Of a stretch of DNA of 64,000 nt, positions 63,705 through 64,000 are shown in pieces. The DNA lies in contig CP128816.1 in assembly GCA_051546255.1 (NCBI GenBank), forward strand, positions 1,798,001 to 1,862,000. The letters are read 5' to 3'. The position numbers were made by a program, and so were the translations under genes. The DNA is from Meyerozyma guilliermondii. Taxonomy: Eukaryota. Within the stretch, counting starts at the first letter, position 1; each line of letters opens with the position of its first letter. The notes beneath the pieces were generated by a model that was not told where the DNA came from, did not search any database, and was given only the letters and a program-made list of their open reading frames with translations.

Positions 63705-64000
63705 CTAGAACACACCTCCGGCAGCTGCAAATGCCTCTTTCTTCTCCTCCTCCGTAGCATACGATTTGACAACCTTGGCGGGAACTCCTGCAACAACCGA
63801 ATTGGCAGGAACGTCAGAACGCACCACTGCTCCGGCTGCAATTACGGCTCCATCTCCAATTGTTACCCCCGGAAGTATAACAGTATTTGCTGCAAACCAG
63901 ACATTGTTGCCTACAGTGATAGGTGCAGTGTGCTCGACGGCATTTATACGTTTTTTCGGGTCACTTGGTAACGAAAAAGTGGTAAAGGTGACATTGGGTC
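63705..64000 (-). CDS. Maltose/galactoside O-acetyltransferase (hexapeptide repeat), C-terminal part only
   Basis: PNVTFTT...APITVGNNVWFAANTVILPGVTIGDGAVIAAGAVVRSDVPANSVVAGVPAKVVK; TAG at 63705-63707; 5' end outside the window. Confidence 0.88.
   Translation of the reverse strand, partial: PNVTFTTFSLPSDPKKRINAVEHTAPITVGNNVWFAANTVILPGVTIGDGAVIAAGAVVRSDVPANSVVAGVPAKVVKSYATEEEKKEAFAAAGGVF

Overview
Gene-dense eukaryotic DNA from a budding yeast that appears to use the alternative yeast code (CTG = Ser: conserved Ser positions in Pex7, Sfp1, Cki1, Fcp1 and Van1 are CTG-encoded, so the supplied ORF track mistranslates them as Leu). About 35 mostly conserved genes are recognisable: partial GH63 glucosidase, F-box protein, SFP1, seipin, DUF1765, choline kinase, PEX7, KH protein, elongase, sugar porter, RPL8, QCR6, RRM protein, YBT1-like ABC transporter, MUP3, REC114-like, two aspartic proteases, GID8, ASH1, DSK2, TAF8, lactose/cellodextrin permease, FCP1, SUR7/PalI, PRP19, PRM15/PGM3, VAN1, a Zn2Cys6 factor, YIP4 and a partial O-acetyltransferase. 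QCR6, PRP19 and VAN1 each carry a 49-50 nt intron that the ORF track misses. The main unexplained structure is an accessory island at about 44.8-49.2 kb. It holds a tandem array of four highly diverged, paralogous small multi-TM protein genes on the minus strand, whose non-coding upstream and downstream cassettes are visibly more conserved than their coding regions. One copy is frameshifted at a G7 run, and a TANGO2/NRDE gene fragment is cut off exactly at a cassette boundary marked by a 17-nt palindrome. Other leads are a 60-aa glycine-zipper microprotein and a membrane protein with a possible ubiquitin-like domain. All family assignments come from motif recognition by eye; no searches were run.
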